Made by a program: the position numbers and the translations under genes. Shown here piece after piece: positions 8,914 to 17,040 of a stretch of 64,000 bases of DNA (the stretch's first letter is position 1; every line of letters begins with the position of its first letter). A model generated the notes under the pieces. That model made no database searches. It was not told the origin of the DNA and worked only from the letters and a program-made list of their open reading frames with translations. The stretch comes from a virus (lineage: Duplodnaviria > Caudoviricetes): IMG/VR virus record IMGVR_UViG_3300044262_000032, positions 1 through 64,000 of that record; one strand, written 5' to 3'.

Positions 8914-9519
8914 ATGGACGAAGAGATGGCACTGAAGAAGGGGTTCGCGGTGCCGGATGAACCGGCATCCGACGATCCTGTGGATCGCATGGTCTATGCT
9001 CTCATGGTACAGACCAGGGCGTTCGCACAGGTGAACAAGTATTGGGCTGCGCCCAAGGAGAAAGAGGAGGAACCGAAGGACGCTGCTGAGGTCAAGCGGC
9101 TCCAGGAGATTTCCGACCTCGTCAAGAAACTCGGGGGCTGCAACGAGAGTGACTTCAGGAAGCTGATCACCCTTGTTGTTGGCAAGTCGCTGCCGTCGCC
9201 GAAGGTTCAGGCAACTGACATCCTCGGCGTGCAGTTCGTGCCCTTCGCTCTCGCCAAGGTGAAGGACAACCCGAACTCGCACAACTACCCGAAACACACT
9301 CCGATTCTCATTCATCGAGTGGAGTCGGAGAAGAAGCGGGCTCACGGCATGATCGACCAGGGCCTCGAAGGCAACTGGCTGCCCGAGTACCCGAAGTCCT
9401 ACGAGCCTTGCACGAAGGAAGAAATCGAAACCTTCGTCAAGAACCTCAAGAAGAACAAGACTGGGTCTGGGGTGTTCGCCAAGTACGCATCCCAGGCCTT
9501 CGACGCCATTTCGGCGTAG
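8914..9519 (+). CDS. hypothetical protein
   Basis: GGAGGAGG SD; 201 aa; GC3-rich. Confidence 0.75.
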   Translation: MDEEMALKKGFAVPDEPASDDPVDRMVYALMVQTRAFAQVNKYWAAPKEKEEEPKDAAEVKRLQEISDLVKKLGGCNESDFRKLITLVVGKSLPSPKVQATDILGVQFVPFALAKVKDNPNSHNYPKHTPILIHRVESEKKRAHGMIDQGLEGNWLPEYPKSYEPCTKEEIETFVKNLKKNKTGSGVFAKYASQAFDAISA

Positions 9520-9531
9520 ACCATTCAAACC

Positions 9532-9559
9532 GAGGGGACTGGGAACAGTCCCTTCTCTT
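9532..9559 (+). terminator. terminator-like hairpin ending the early block
   Basis: AGGGGACTG-GGAA-CAGTCCCTT then CTCTT. Confidence 0.55.
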
Positions 9560-10022
9560 GAGTGGTTTGTGCCACTCTTAACCACCGCGTAGTCCAACGA
9601 ATCTCCACTAATAGGAGGGACGGACGATGCTGAACAGTAGTTAAGTAGTTGCGGATGTACCTACACCGAAGGGAAAAGCTGGGCTATCACTCCTTCGGTG
9701 CCCTCTCTGGGGAGGGCGGGCAAAAGGCAGAGATGACCGTCTGCCTCACCTGGATAGCACAGGTTAAGGTAAGTATCGGAATCGCCGTAACCAGTATCGA
9801 GCACTCAGTACGCCCTATGGTTTGTCAAGCCCTAATAACCCAAATTATATGGTTTGAAAATTGTGTGGGGTTATTGGGGTGGTAATCATAGTGCCAAAAG
9901 TCACCGATGAGGTTCAGTCGAGGAAGAGAACGCCAACGGTTCGGGCAGCCATCGGGAGATGGCTTGGGGGGAGGCATGTCCTCCCCCGACAAATGCCCGC
10001 TTTCTGAAAGGAGGAGACTGGT

Positions 10023-12365
10023 TTGGCTGGACAAAAAGTAGTGTTCACCCTCGCGGAGGCTGCCTCGCAGACTCCCGAGGTGCTTGGGGGAAAGGGACAC
10101 GGGCTGGCAGTCATGGCCAGTCTTGGTGTGCCTGTGCCCCCGGCACTTGTGGTGAGTACCAAGGTTGCAAGGTCGTACCGACAGTATGGGAAGATACCTT
10201 CTCGACTGCCGGGTCAGTTGAAACTGGGCATCACACGCCTAGAGAAACTGACGGGGAAGAAGTTCGGTGATCCGAAGAATCCCCTGCTCGTGTCGGTTCG
10301 TTCTGGGGCGGTTGTTTCAATGCCCGGAATGATGGACACAATTCTGAACCTCGGATTGACGGAGACGATTACCAAGTCTCTCGCCGTGAAGTATGGGGCA
10401 GAGTTTGCGTGGGATTCCTACCGGCGCTTCCTGTTCATGTTCGGGAATGTCGTGTTCAATATCCCGGACGAAGTTCTGAAGTTCGAGGAGGAGGATGCCC
10501 AGGCCCATTGTGCGGCTCTCCGGGCGAAGGTCGAAGAATGGACTGGGCATCCTTTCCCCGATTCGCCAGCGATGCAGATGGCACTCGCGGTTGTTGCGGT
10601 TATCCGATCGTGGAACAGCGAGAGAGCCATTCTGTACCGTAAGACGAACGGGATCCCGGATTGGTGGGGAACTGCTGTCAACATCCAGAGCATGGCGTTT
10701 GGCAACCTAAATGACGCCTCTGCAACGGGTGTTGTGTTCAGCCGTGATGTCGCAACCGGCGCAAAGGGTATCTACGGTGAGTTTCTGCCCCGAGCGCAGG
10801 GTGAAGACATTGTTGCTGGCATTCGCACTCCCATGCCGGTCGCAGAGATGGAGAAGTGGAACAAATCTCTGTACCTGCAACTCGACAAGACCGTGCAGAC
10901 CCTTGAAGAGTATTACAAGGATGTGGTCGATGTCGAGTTCACCGTCGAGAACGGGAAGTTGTACATCCTTCAGGTTCGCAAAGCCAAGCGTACTCCTGAA
11001 GCGGGGTTGACAATCGCCACTAACTTCGTCTGGGAAGACAAGTGGACGAAGGAAGAGGCGGTCAAGAATGCTCGGTACATGGCTCGCCAGGTCGTAAAGC
11101 AATCTTTCGATCCGGTGAAGATGGAGAAGGCCAAGCAGTTGGGTATCGGTCTTCCTGCGTCTCCTGGCTGTGTCACGGGTCAGATCGTGTTTACCTCAAA
11201 GGATGCCGCTCGTTGGCTGAAGAACTCGGACAACGATACGAATGTCATCCTGATTCGCCCTGACACAAGTCCTGATGATCTTGAGGGTATGCTCGCTTCC
11301 AAAGCGATCGTTACCGGCACAGGTGGTCTCACGTCCCATGCTGCGGTTGTTGCTCGTGGCATAGGCAAGCCCTGTATTGTTGGGGTTGATGCCATCAAGT
11401 TCGTGGACGAGGATACCATCAAGATCGGTGGTACGACCCTGACGAAGGGGGAAATCATCTCTGTCGATGGCGCTACGGGCAAGATCTTCCGTGGTGAAAT
11501 TGCCCTCGACAAGCAGTTGGATTTCAAGAAGGAGATCAGCATCTTCATGAAGTGGATGAAGGAGCTGGAACCTCCTCCCCCTACGCCGAGAGTCGGATTC
11601 GAGTACATGGGGCAGACAATGCCCGAGAATACCCTGCTCAACGACTTCTATATCTCCGATGCCATGCTGTTGGCAGTCGGGGGGCATCCTGCTGAGCAGG
11701 AGTATCAGGAGTATAGGGATTCGGTGCACTTTATGGGTGCTGAGCGTCTGGCTTGCTACCTGGCTATCGCCTGTGCTGGCGAGTTGAGGCATTCATTCTC
11801 CCATTGCAAGGAGTACAGTTCCTTGCCGTGCAACTGCATAGCCTGTACTCTCAAGCACGGCCAGTCAAAGATTGGCTATCCTGGGTATGCTGAAGCCAAG
11901 TATGCTCGGGAGGTGCTGGTCTCAAAGTATGGTCTGAAGCAGGGTGGTTCTGGACGTGAGAGCCAGCAGATCGCCACGGTTGACAAGTTGAAGAAGATGG
12001 ATGAGCAGGATGTAACCACCTTCTTCTTCCTCGCGGAACTCGTCTTTAGGAAGTACAAATGGAGCAGTGGGTATGGTGGTGAGAATTGGGCCAACATCGC
12101 CGCTGCGCCTGTGAAGTTCTTGACGGGTGAAGTCAGCCACAGCGTGTTCTGCGACCATGTCTTTGACCTTCAGCACAACAATGGTTCGGTGTTCGGTAAG
12201 CACAAGATGTTCAAGGGGCACCGTGACCATGTGAAGCGACAGTTGGATCAGAAGAAACGGGCTACGAATGTCGCGGATCTGGTTCAGCGACTCAAGCCTT
12301 GGGGCGTTATCTCACCACAGACGATGACGCTGTTTACCAAGGGTAACAAGTTGGGGCTTTGGTAA
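10023..12365 (+). CDS. PPDK-family dikinase-like protein (ATP-grasp + phospho-His swivel domain) with non-PPDK C-terminal domain
   Basis: LGGKG, LLVSVRSGA..SMPGMMDTILNLG, GEDIVAG, DVEFTVENGKLYILQVR, GGLTSHAAVVARG; the last ~260 aa show no PEP-binding barrel motifs. Confidence 0.9.
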   Translation: MAGQKVVFTLAEAASQTPEVLGGKGHGLAVMASLGVPVPPALVVSTKVARSYRQYGKIPSRLPGQLKLGITRLEKLTGKKFGDPKNPLLVSVRSGAVVSMPGMMDTILNLGLTETITKSLAVKYGAEFAWDSYRRFLFMFGNVVFNIPDEVLKFEEEDAQAHCAALRAKVEEWTGHPFPDSPAMQMALAVVAVIRSWNSERAILYRKTNGIPDWWGTAVNIQSMAFGNLNDASATGVVFSRDVATGAKGIYGEFLPRAQGEDIVAGIRTPMPVAEMEKWNKSLYLQLDKTVQTLEEYYKDVVDVEFTVENGKLYILQVRKAKRTPEAGLTIATNFVWEDKWTKEEAVKNARYMARQVVKQSFDPVKMEKAKQLGIGLPASPGCVTGQIVFTSKDAARWLKNSDNDTNVILIRPDTSPDDLEGMLASKAIVTGTGGLTSHAAVVARGIGKPCIVGVDAIKFVDEDTIKIGGTTLTKGEIISVDGATGKIFRGEIALDKQLDFKKEISIFMKWMKELEPPPPTPRVGFEYMGQTMPENTLLNDFYISDAMLLAVGGHPAEQEYQEYRDSVHFMGAERLACYLAIACAGELRHSFSHCKEYSSLPCNCIACTLKHGQSKIGYPGYAEAKYAREVLVSKYGLKQGGSGRESQQIATVDKLKKMDEQDVTTFFFLAELVFRKYKWSSGYGGENWANIAAAPVKFLTGEVSHSVFCDHVFDLQHNNGSVFGKHKMFKGHRDHVKRQLDQKKRATNVADLVQRLKPWGVISPQTMTLFTKGNKLGLW
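12333..12347. promoter_or_regulatory. GTTACC-N3-GGTAAC site, copy 4 (1 mismatch)
   Basis: TTTACC-AAG-GGTAAC at the 3' end of the dikinase gene. Confidence 0.3.
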
Positions 12366-12384
12366 GCCGCAGAAAGGAGAAGGG

Positions 12385-13290
12385 ATGTCTCTGAAAAAGA
12401 ACAAAAGGAGGAAGTTGGTTCGAAGCACCGACTATATGGCGATGGGAGGCGCTGACAAGATCCCGGTTAACTCGGGAAAAGGAACTAGCCGTACTGATCT
12501 GATGGCCGGAGACTACGACATCGACGGCTATTCGCTGGACGGCTATGGGGGTAGCTGGCGAGGTGCCGGAACCACCTACAACGCTGCTGGCTACAACTAC
12601 AAACCGCATCCCAAGCATATCGGCGACAAACCGATCAAGGTCGGGAAGTTCGAAATCTTCGCTGGTGGGATGCGGGATCTGACTCCCGATGACATCGACA
12701 AGTTCGATGTCCTGATCCCGCTGACGCAAGACATTCCTAACATGACCTTCGGCCATCCGTACCGCATTCTCGCAGCGCCGCTGGTCGATTACGGTGGCGT
12801 GCCCGACACCTGGGAAGTGTTCCTCAAGGAACTCGTGATTCCGCTGCTGGAAGGCGGTCACAAGATCCTGGCCTACTGCTACGGCAGTCACGGTCGAACG
12901 GGGTGCTTCCTCGCTTCTCTGATTTCGATTCTTGAGCCGGAGACGGCGGATCCGATCGAAGCAGCACGGAAGCGGCATTGCAAGAAGGCGGTCGAGTCGC
13001 TGGCGCAGGCGAAAGCGGTCTATGCGCTGAGAGGGGAGGAGCTGCCCGAGAAGTGGGCGAAGGACTTTTCCAACGTCACCCGTGGATACTCTTACACGGC
13101 TGGCTACGGCGGCAATACGAACTGGGGCTCGTATGGTGGCGGGTCTTATGAGCGTAAGCCTGCTGAGGTCAAGCCGGTCCCGGAAACCGCGAGCGGTATC
13201 GCCGGCAAGACGGTGAAGGAAGTTGCCGCGATGAATGATGCTGACTGGGCGGCCTACGCCAAGGAAAGCAACATTCCAATCTTCGACTAA
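12385..13290 (+). CDS. CX5R cysteine phosphatase (PTP/dual-specificity family)
   Basis: ILAYCYGSHGRTGCFLASL P-loop; VESLAQ Q-loop-like; Gly/Tyr-rich flanks. Confidence 0.85.
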   Translation: MSLKKNKRRKLVRSTDYMAMGGADKIPVNSGKGTSRTDLMAGDYDIDGYSLDGYGGSWRGAGTTYNAAGYNYKPHPKHIGDKPIKVGKFEIFAGGMRDLTPDDIDKFDVLIPLTQDIPNMTFGHPYRILAAPLVDYGGVPDTWEVFLKELVIPLLEGGHKILAYCYGSHGRTGCFLASLISILEPETADPIEAARKRHCKKAVESLAQAKAVYALRGEELPEKWAKDFSNVTRGYSYTAGYGGNTNWGSYGGGSYERKPAEVKPVPETASGIAGKTVKEVAAMNDADWAAYAKESNIPIFD

Positions 13291-13299
13291 GGAGGAACG

Positions 13300-14289
13300 A
13301 TGGGATACGGATTCCCGGAGCCTGGCAGTAAGTGGTACATGGGTGGCACCGATGGCAGCGGCGAGTATATGGTCGTTGCCGAAGGTGAGTTCGGTCGAGT
13401 CGGTTACCGTGAGGTGAAGCCGAAGATCTACCGTGTTCGGTTTGAGCCCAACACCGACGAGACCTCCACGATGGAGCAGATTCAGAAGGTGCTCCACAAC
13501 TGGTGCCCGCCCCAATCGAGCATCGGTGGTGACACCTTCCGCTTCTCCGTTCTGGCCAATGGCATCGACTCGCTCCGCATGGGTCTGGATCAGGCGATCA
13601 AGGCGATGGGATCGTTTGGGAGTTTCAACCCTGCGGCCCCGGAGTTCGCTCGAAAACTCATCGACGAGCCCTTCGATGCCAGCGCCACACCGCCGCTGCC
13701 CCCACCCCCTGGCGGGGGTTCTGGGTGGTGGATCGGTAAGGGATTCGCTCCGATGGAGACCAAGGGGATCTTCGCGGAGTGGATGAGCAAGAAGATGAGC
13801 CCTGGCACCGATCTTCATGACAACGGGTATCACAGCGAGGACGAGCACGAGGACGAAGACGAGGAGGAGAACGAGGAGAGCGATGATGAGAGCGAGGAAA
13901 TCTCGCCGACTCCTCCTTCGGAGGTGGATCCAATCTCCGAGCATTTCGACATCACCCTTCTTCTTGACGGAGACAAGTTCCTCGACGGGCACATGCCTAT
14001 CGCTGCTGGCGTCAAGGACGCGCGTCTCACGGCAAAGTTGAAGGAGATCTGCAGGGAAATCTCTGCGGAGATGGGCAAGAGCTGGATGGGTGGGTGTGGT
14101 TGTGGTGCGTGCGTCAAGATCAACAACCAGGCTCTGGAGAAATACAAGGAACTCCTCGAAGCGGAGATCATCGCCAAGACGCCGCCGCTCACCGAGGAAC
14201 AGAAGAAGGCCAAGACCGTTGAGCACACCGTCGAAGTGATGAAGGCGGCTGGTGATCTCGCGGCTTGCCTCAAGGCTTTCGGTTTCTAA
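13300..14289 (+). CDS. hypothetical protein; N-terminal domain paralogous to 14415-14882, acidic linker, Cys-containing C-terminus
   Basis: AAGGAGG SD; shared blocks with the next ORF. Confidence 0.8.
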   Translation: MGYGFPEPGSKWYMGGTDGSGEYMVVAEGEFGRVGYREVKPKIYRVRFEPNTDETSTMEQIQKVLHNWCPPQSSIGGDTFRFSVLANGIDSLRMGLDQAIKAMGSFGSFNPAAPEFARKLIDEPFDASATPPLPPPPGGGSGWWIGKGFAPMETKGIFAEWMSKKMSPGTDLHDNGYHSEDEHEDEDEEENEESDDESEEISPTPPSEVDPISEHFDITLLLDGDKFLDGHMPIAAGVKDARLTAKLKEICREISAEMGKSWMGGCGCGACVKINNQALEKYKELLEAEIIAKTPPLTEEQKKAKTVEHTVEVMKAAGDLAACLKAFGF

Positions 14290-14414
14290 CAAAGGAGGTG
14301 AGTAAGAAAGTACAAGGAGAAAGCCATTCGCCCGTGAAGAGTAGAAGGTGCAGTACAGGCGCAGTATCTCCGCAAACAGGGCATAACGCCCAACTACGAA
14401 AGGAGCAGTACACC

Positions 14415-14882
14415 ATGTCGAATCCCGCTTTCCAGATGGCCGGCACCGAGGGTTCCTTCCAGTATGTCGTCGTCGCTCTGGGCACCGAGGGCCGCATCGG
14501 CTTCCGCCCGCTCGGTGACATGGCTCGCGTCCGCATCGAGCCCAAGGACGGCGCTTCCTACGGCGTCGTGCGCCGGATGGACGAGGAGCTGCAGGGCTCC
14601 GACTTCGAGTGGAAGACCCCGAACGGTCAGTTCCGCTTCTCGACCGTGATCGACGGCAACGAGGGCCTGCGCGAGGCTCTCGAAGTCGGCATCGGCGTCA
14701 TCGGGGAGATCGAGCAGGTCAACCCGGCCGCGCCGGCGTGGGCTCGTCGCCTCGCTGGTGAGTACGTGCCGGAGCCGGCTCCGGTCGCCGCGAAGGCCGA
14801 GTCGTGCGGTCTCAACGAGGACCTCGTGAAGGCGCTGCTCGCCTCCATGCAGGCTCTCGCCGCGGCGCTCGTCAAGAAGTAA
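14415..14882 (+). CDS. hypothetical protein, paralog of the 13300-14289 N-terminal domain
   Basis: AAAGGAG SD before ATG 14415; MAGTEGS..YVVVA.G..GRIGFR..RVRIEP..FRFS..NPAAP. Confidence 0.8.
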   Translation: MSNPAFQMAGTEGSFQYVVVALGTEGRIGFRPLGDMARVRIEPKDGASYGVVRRMDEELQGSDFEWKTPNGQFRFSTVIDGNEGLREALEVGIGVIGEIEQVNPAAPAWARRLAGEYVPEPAPVAAKAESCGLNEDLVKALLASMQALAAALVKK

Positions 14883-14933
14883 TCAACGGTAGTCCGTTGA
14901 TCGAACAGAGGGCCTTCTGCCCTCTGTTCCCTT
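14882..14933 (+). terminator. tandem hairpins ending the dikinase operon
   Basis: ATCAACGG-TAGT-CCGTTGAT and GAACAGAGGGC-CTTCT-GCCCTCTGTTC. Confidence 0.6.
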
Positions 14934-14973
14934 GAACGGATTGCTAACGGGCACACGCCCAGAAAGGAGAAGT

Positions 14974-15318
14974 ATGAAGAAACTGTTTGTAGGAGGACTG
15001 GTGGCTCTGGCGTTAACAGGGTGCGGGTATGTGTCAACGGACAATGAACTGATGGGTCAGGTCAAGAAGGTCAAGCACAACACCCCGCTGATCTGCCCCA
15101 ACTACTACTCCGTCGATGTGAGCCTCGGCGTCATGCGAAATGGCGTTGGCTCGATGTCCACTCAGGATGTTTGGCTGCGCGTGGAAGATCACTCCATGCT
15201 CAAGACCCTTCGGGAAGCGACAGAGAGCGGCGCGCTGGTCAAGATCAAGTGTGACCAGTATCGTTTTGCACCCTGCGCCCCCGACTACACCCTGACTGGC
15301 GTCGAAATCATCCCGTAA
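14974..15318 (+). CDS. lipoprotein
   Basis: signal peptide with lipobox MKKLFVGGLVALALTG-C. Confidence 0.7.
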   Translation: MKKLFVGGLVALALTGCGYVSTDNELMGQVKKVKHNTPLICPNYYSVDVSLGVMRNGVGSMSTQDVWLRVEDHSMLKTLREATESGALVKIKCDQYRFAPCAPDYTLTGVEIIP

Positions 15319-15373
15319 TCCTCTGATCGGATAGAGGGCGAAAGCCCTCTATCTCATTGAGCGGATTGCACAT

Positions 15374-15447
15374 CTGCCTCGTGGTCTGAACGCAAGACGC
15401 TCCCCGAAGGGGGGAAATACGGGCTCGATGCCCGTCGAGGCAGGCCA
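15374..15447 (+). ncRNA. isolated tRNA-like RNA (non-canonical cloverleaf with CCA end)
   Basis: CTGCCTCG/CGAGGCAG acceptor, GTCT/AGAC D-arm, TCCC/GGGA middle arm, ACGGG-CTCGATG-CCCGT T-arm, G-CCA. Confidence 0.65.
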
Positions 15448-15448
15448 A

Positions 15449-15467
15449 TTTACAAGCACTTGAAAAG
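15449..15467. repeat. dispersed palindrome, copy 2
   Basis: TTTACAAG-CA-CTTGAAAAG right after the CCA of the tRNA-like RNA. Confidence 0.8.
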
Positions 15468-15633
15468 CGAAAGGAGGTAGAATGCGTAGACCAATAAGTA
15501 AATTGAAACGCAGGCGGTACCTCAAGTTGGTCAAACAATTCTGTACCGAAGACCTCTCAAAGGCAGCTGGTAAGGAGTTTTGGGCATTGGTTCGTCCAAA
15601 AGGAAGAGTAAAGATATAGAGAAGGAGGTGGGT

Positions 15634-15819
15634 ATGGCAGATTCCTCTACCGTGATGTGTTGTGCCAACTGTGGTTTCTTTCAGCATCGGTACAAAACTC
15701 CGCAGATGGGTGACTGTGGTCATCACAAGAGGGCAACGATGGCCATGTCCTACTGCGGAAAGTTCGCATGGGCGAATGGTGTTCGCTGGATAGTAGGGAA
15801 GGGAGGGAAGAAGAAGTGA
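15634..15819 (+). CDS. Cys-rich hypothetical protein
   Basis: AAGGAGGTG SD; CCANC...C...C. Confidence 0.55.
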   Translation: MADSSTVMCCANCGFFQHRYKTPQMGDCGHHKRATMAMSYCGKFAWANGVRWIVGKGGKKK

Positions 15820-16061
15820 TCTCCCGATGGGACTACTACGAACATCATGAGAGCAAGGAGGCGCTGGCAGAGGGACAGATGCCAGTCGAGCAGGAAGTGG
15901 ATTTTACCTGTCCTATCAGCGGTGCAGTTTTGTCAAAGGTATGCAAGTTCTACCATGAAGTTTCCACAAAATCCCTGGAGTATCACGGATATATTGTGGA
16001 CATGGAGTGTCGCAAGGGCTGTTTCAATGAGAAAGGGTGCCCCTATGCAAAAAAGGGCTAG
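15816..16061 (+). CDS. hypothetical protein
   Basis: GTGA overlap with upstream ORF; Cys motifs. Confidence 0.5.
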   Translation: MISRWDYYEHHESKEALAEGQMPVEQEVDFTCPISGAVLSKVCKFYHEVSTKSLEYHGYIVDMECRKGCFNEKGCPYAKKG

Positions 16062-16290
16062 CATCCGACTTGGCTTCAAGGTGACTGACGCAGACCTGGA
16101 GGTGTTGGAGGAGAAGTTTGATCCTTGCAATATAGAAATAACCCCAATTGCTGAAATTGGGGGAGAAGAAACTGATGTGGTTTTGGTTCTCTTCGATCCC
16201 TATATGAATGATGAATTTATCTTCGCAGGTCTCTACGAGGCTTTTGGTGATGAACGGTTTTATGAGTTGATGGAGGTGAGCACGGAATGA
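16045..16290 (+). CDS. acidic hypothetical protein
   Basis: tight packing. Confidence 0.5.
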   Translation: MQKRASIRLGFKVTDADLEVLEEKFDPCNIEITPIAEIGGEETDVVLVLFDPYMNDEFIFAGLYEAFGDERFYELMEVSTE

Positions 16291-16383
16291 TCTATATCGT
16301 TGGGGGAATTTGTTTCTTCCTCGGGTTTATTTTCGGATGGTTCATCATGGCTCTTCTCTCTTCCAATACAAGGAGCGAATACA

Positions 16384-16749
16384 ATGGATCGTCTAAGTGA
16401 TTGGGTGAAGGTCGGTACTTGCGGGGTGGATGCTGGCTGTATCATGCTGGTCGATCCCTGCTATGTCCTCCCTAATGAGGACGACCAGAAGGCAGGCAAG
16501 GTCCGCGCGTGCTACGAGGAGTTCCTGAAACAGGCCGAGAATGGTTTTTATGACAAGGGCTTCATGCCCTTCAAGGATGGTGTGATCGTCAGTTCGGGCT
16601 ATGGCGATGGCGAATACAATGTCTATGTCAAGTTCGGACTGGACGGCTGGAGTAAGGGTCGTGTGGCAGAGGTCAAGGTTGTCTTCTTCGGTGAGCAAGA
16701 GGAGGAAGAAGAGGACAATTCGTTTGACGATGAAGATAACGAGGAATAA
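16384..16749 (+). CDS. DUF4241-like protein
   Basis: GTCGVDAGCIMLVDP...SSGYGDGEYNVY motifs. Confidence 0.55.
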   Translation: MDRLSDWVKVGTCGVDAGCIMLVDPCYVLPNEDDQKAGKVRACYEEFLKQAENGFYDKGFMPFKDGVIVSSGYGDGEYNVYVKFGLDGWSKGRVAEVKVVFFGEQEEEEEDNSFDDEDNEE

Positions 16750-16751
16750 CA

Positions 16752-17027
16752 ATGGCTGATCTGTGGAAAAAGGATCCAACGATCAAGCCGCCCTTCCTTC
16801 AAGGCGAGATGTTAGAACTTCTGGACAATTTAAGTACACATTGGAAGAAAGGGGACATAATAACCGTTTCTGGTCTCGAAAAGACTGGCGGTGAGTGGTT
16901 TGTTCATATGAAGGAGAAATGTCATTCCTCCAACTGTGAACCCACTAAGAGTGGGGGATGTGGGGGCTGGTATGCCTATCACTTTAAGGTTGTAAATAGT
17001 TCTACGGAACCGTTAAGGCCGGTGTAG
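16752..17027 (+). CDS. hypothetical protein
   Basis: GAGGA SD; 91 aa. Confidence 0.55.
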   Translation: MADLWKKDPTIKPPFLQGEMLELLDNLSTHWKKGDIITVSGLEKTGGEWFVHMKEKCHSSNCEPTKSGGCGGWYAYHFKVVNSSTEPLRPV

Positions 17028-17040
17028 AAAGGGGAACGAA

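Noticed and set aside
10023-12365. Canonical pyruvate phosphate dikinase (ppdK) as an auxiliary metabolic gene
   Set aside because: No PEP/pyruvate-binding barrel motifs after the swivel domain; the C-terminal third is unrelated
12334-14292. 652-aa minus-strand ORF, and similar long antisense ORFs at 1245, 7752, 8614 and 3781
   Set aside because: Shadow ORFs of GC3-rich plus-strand genes; no SD or protein motifs
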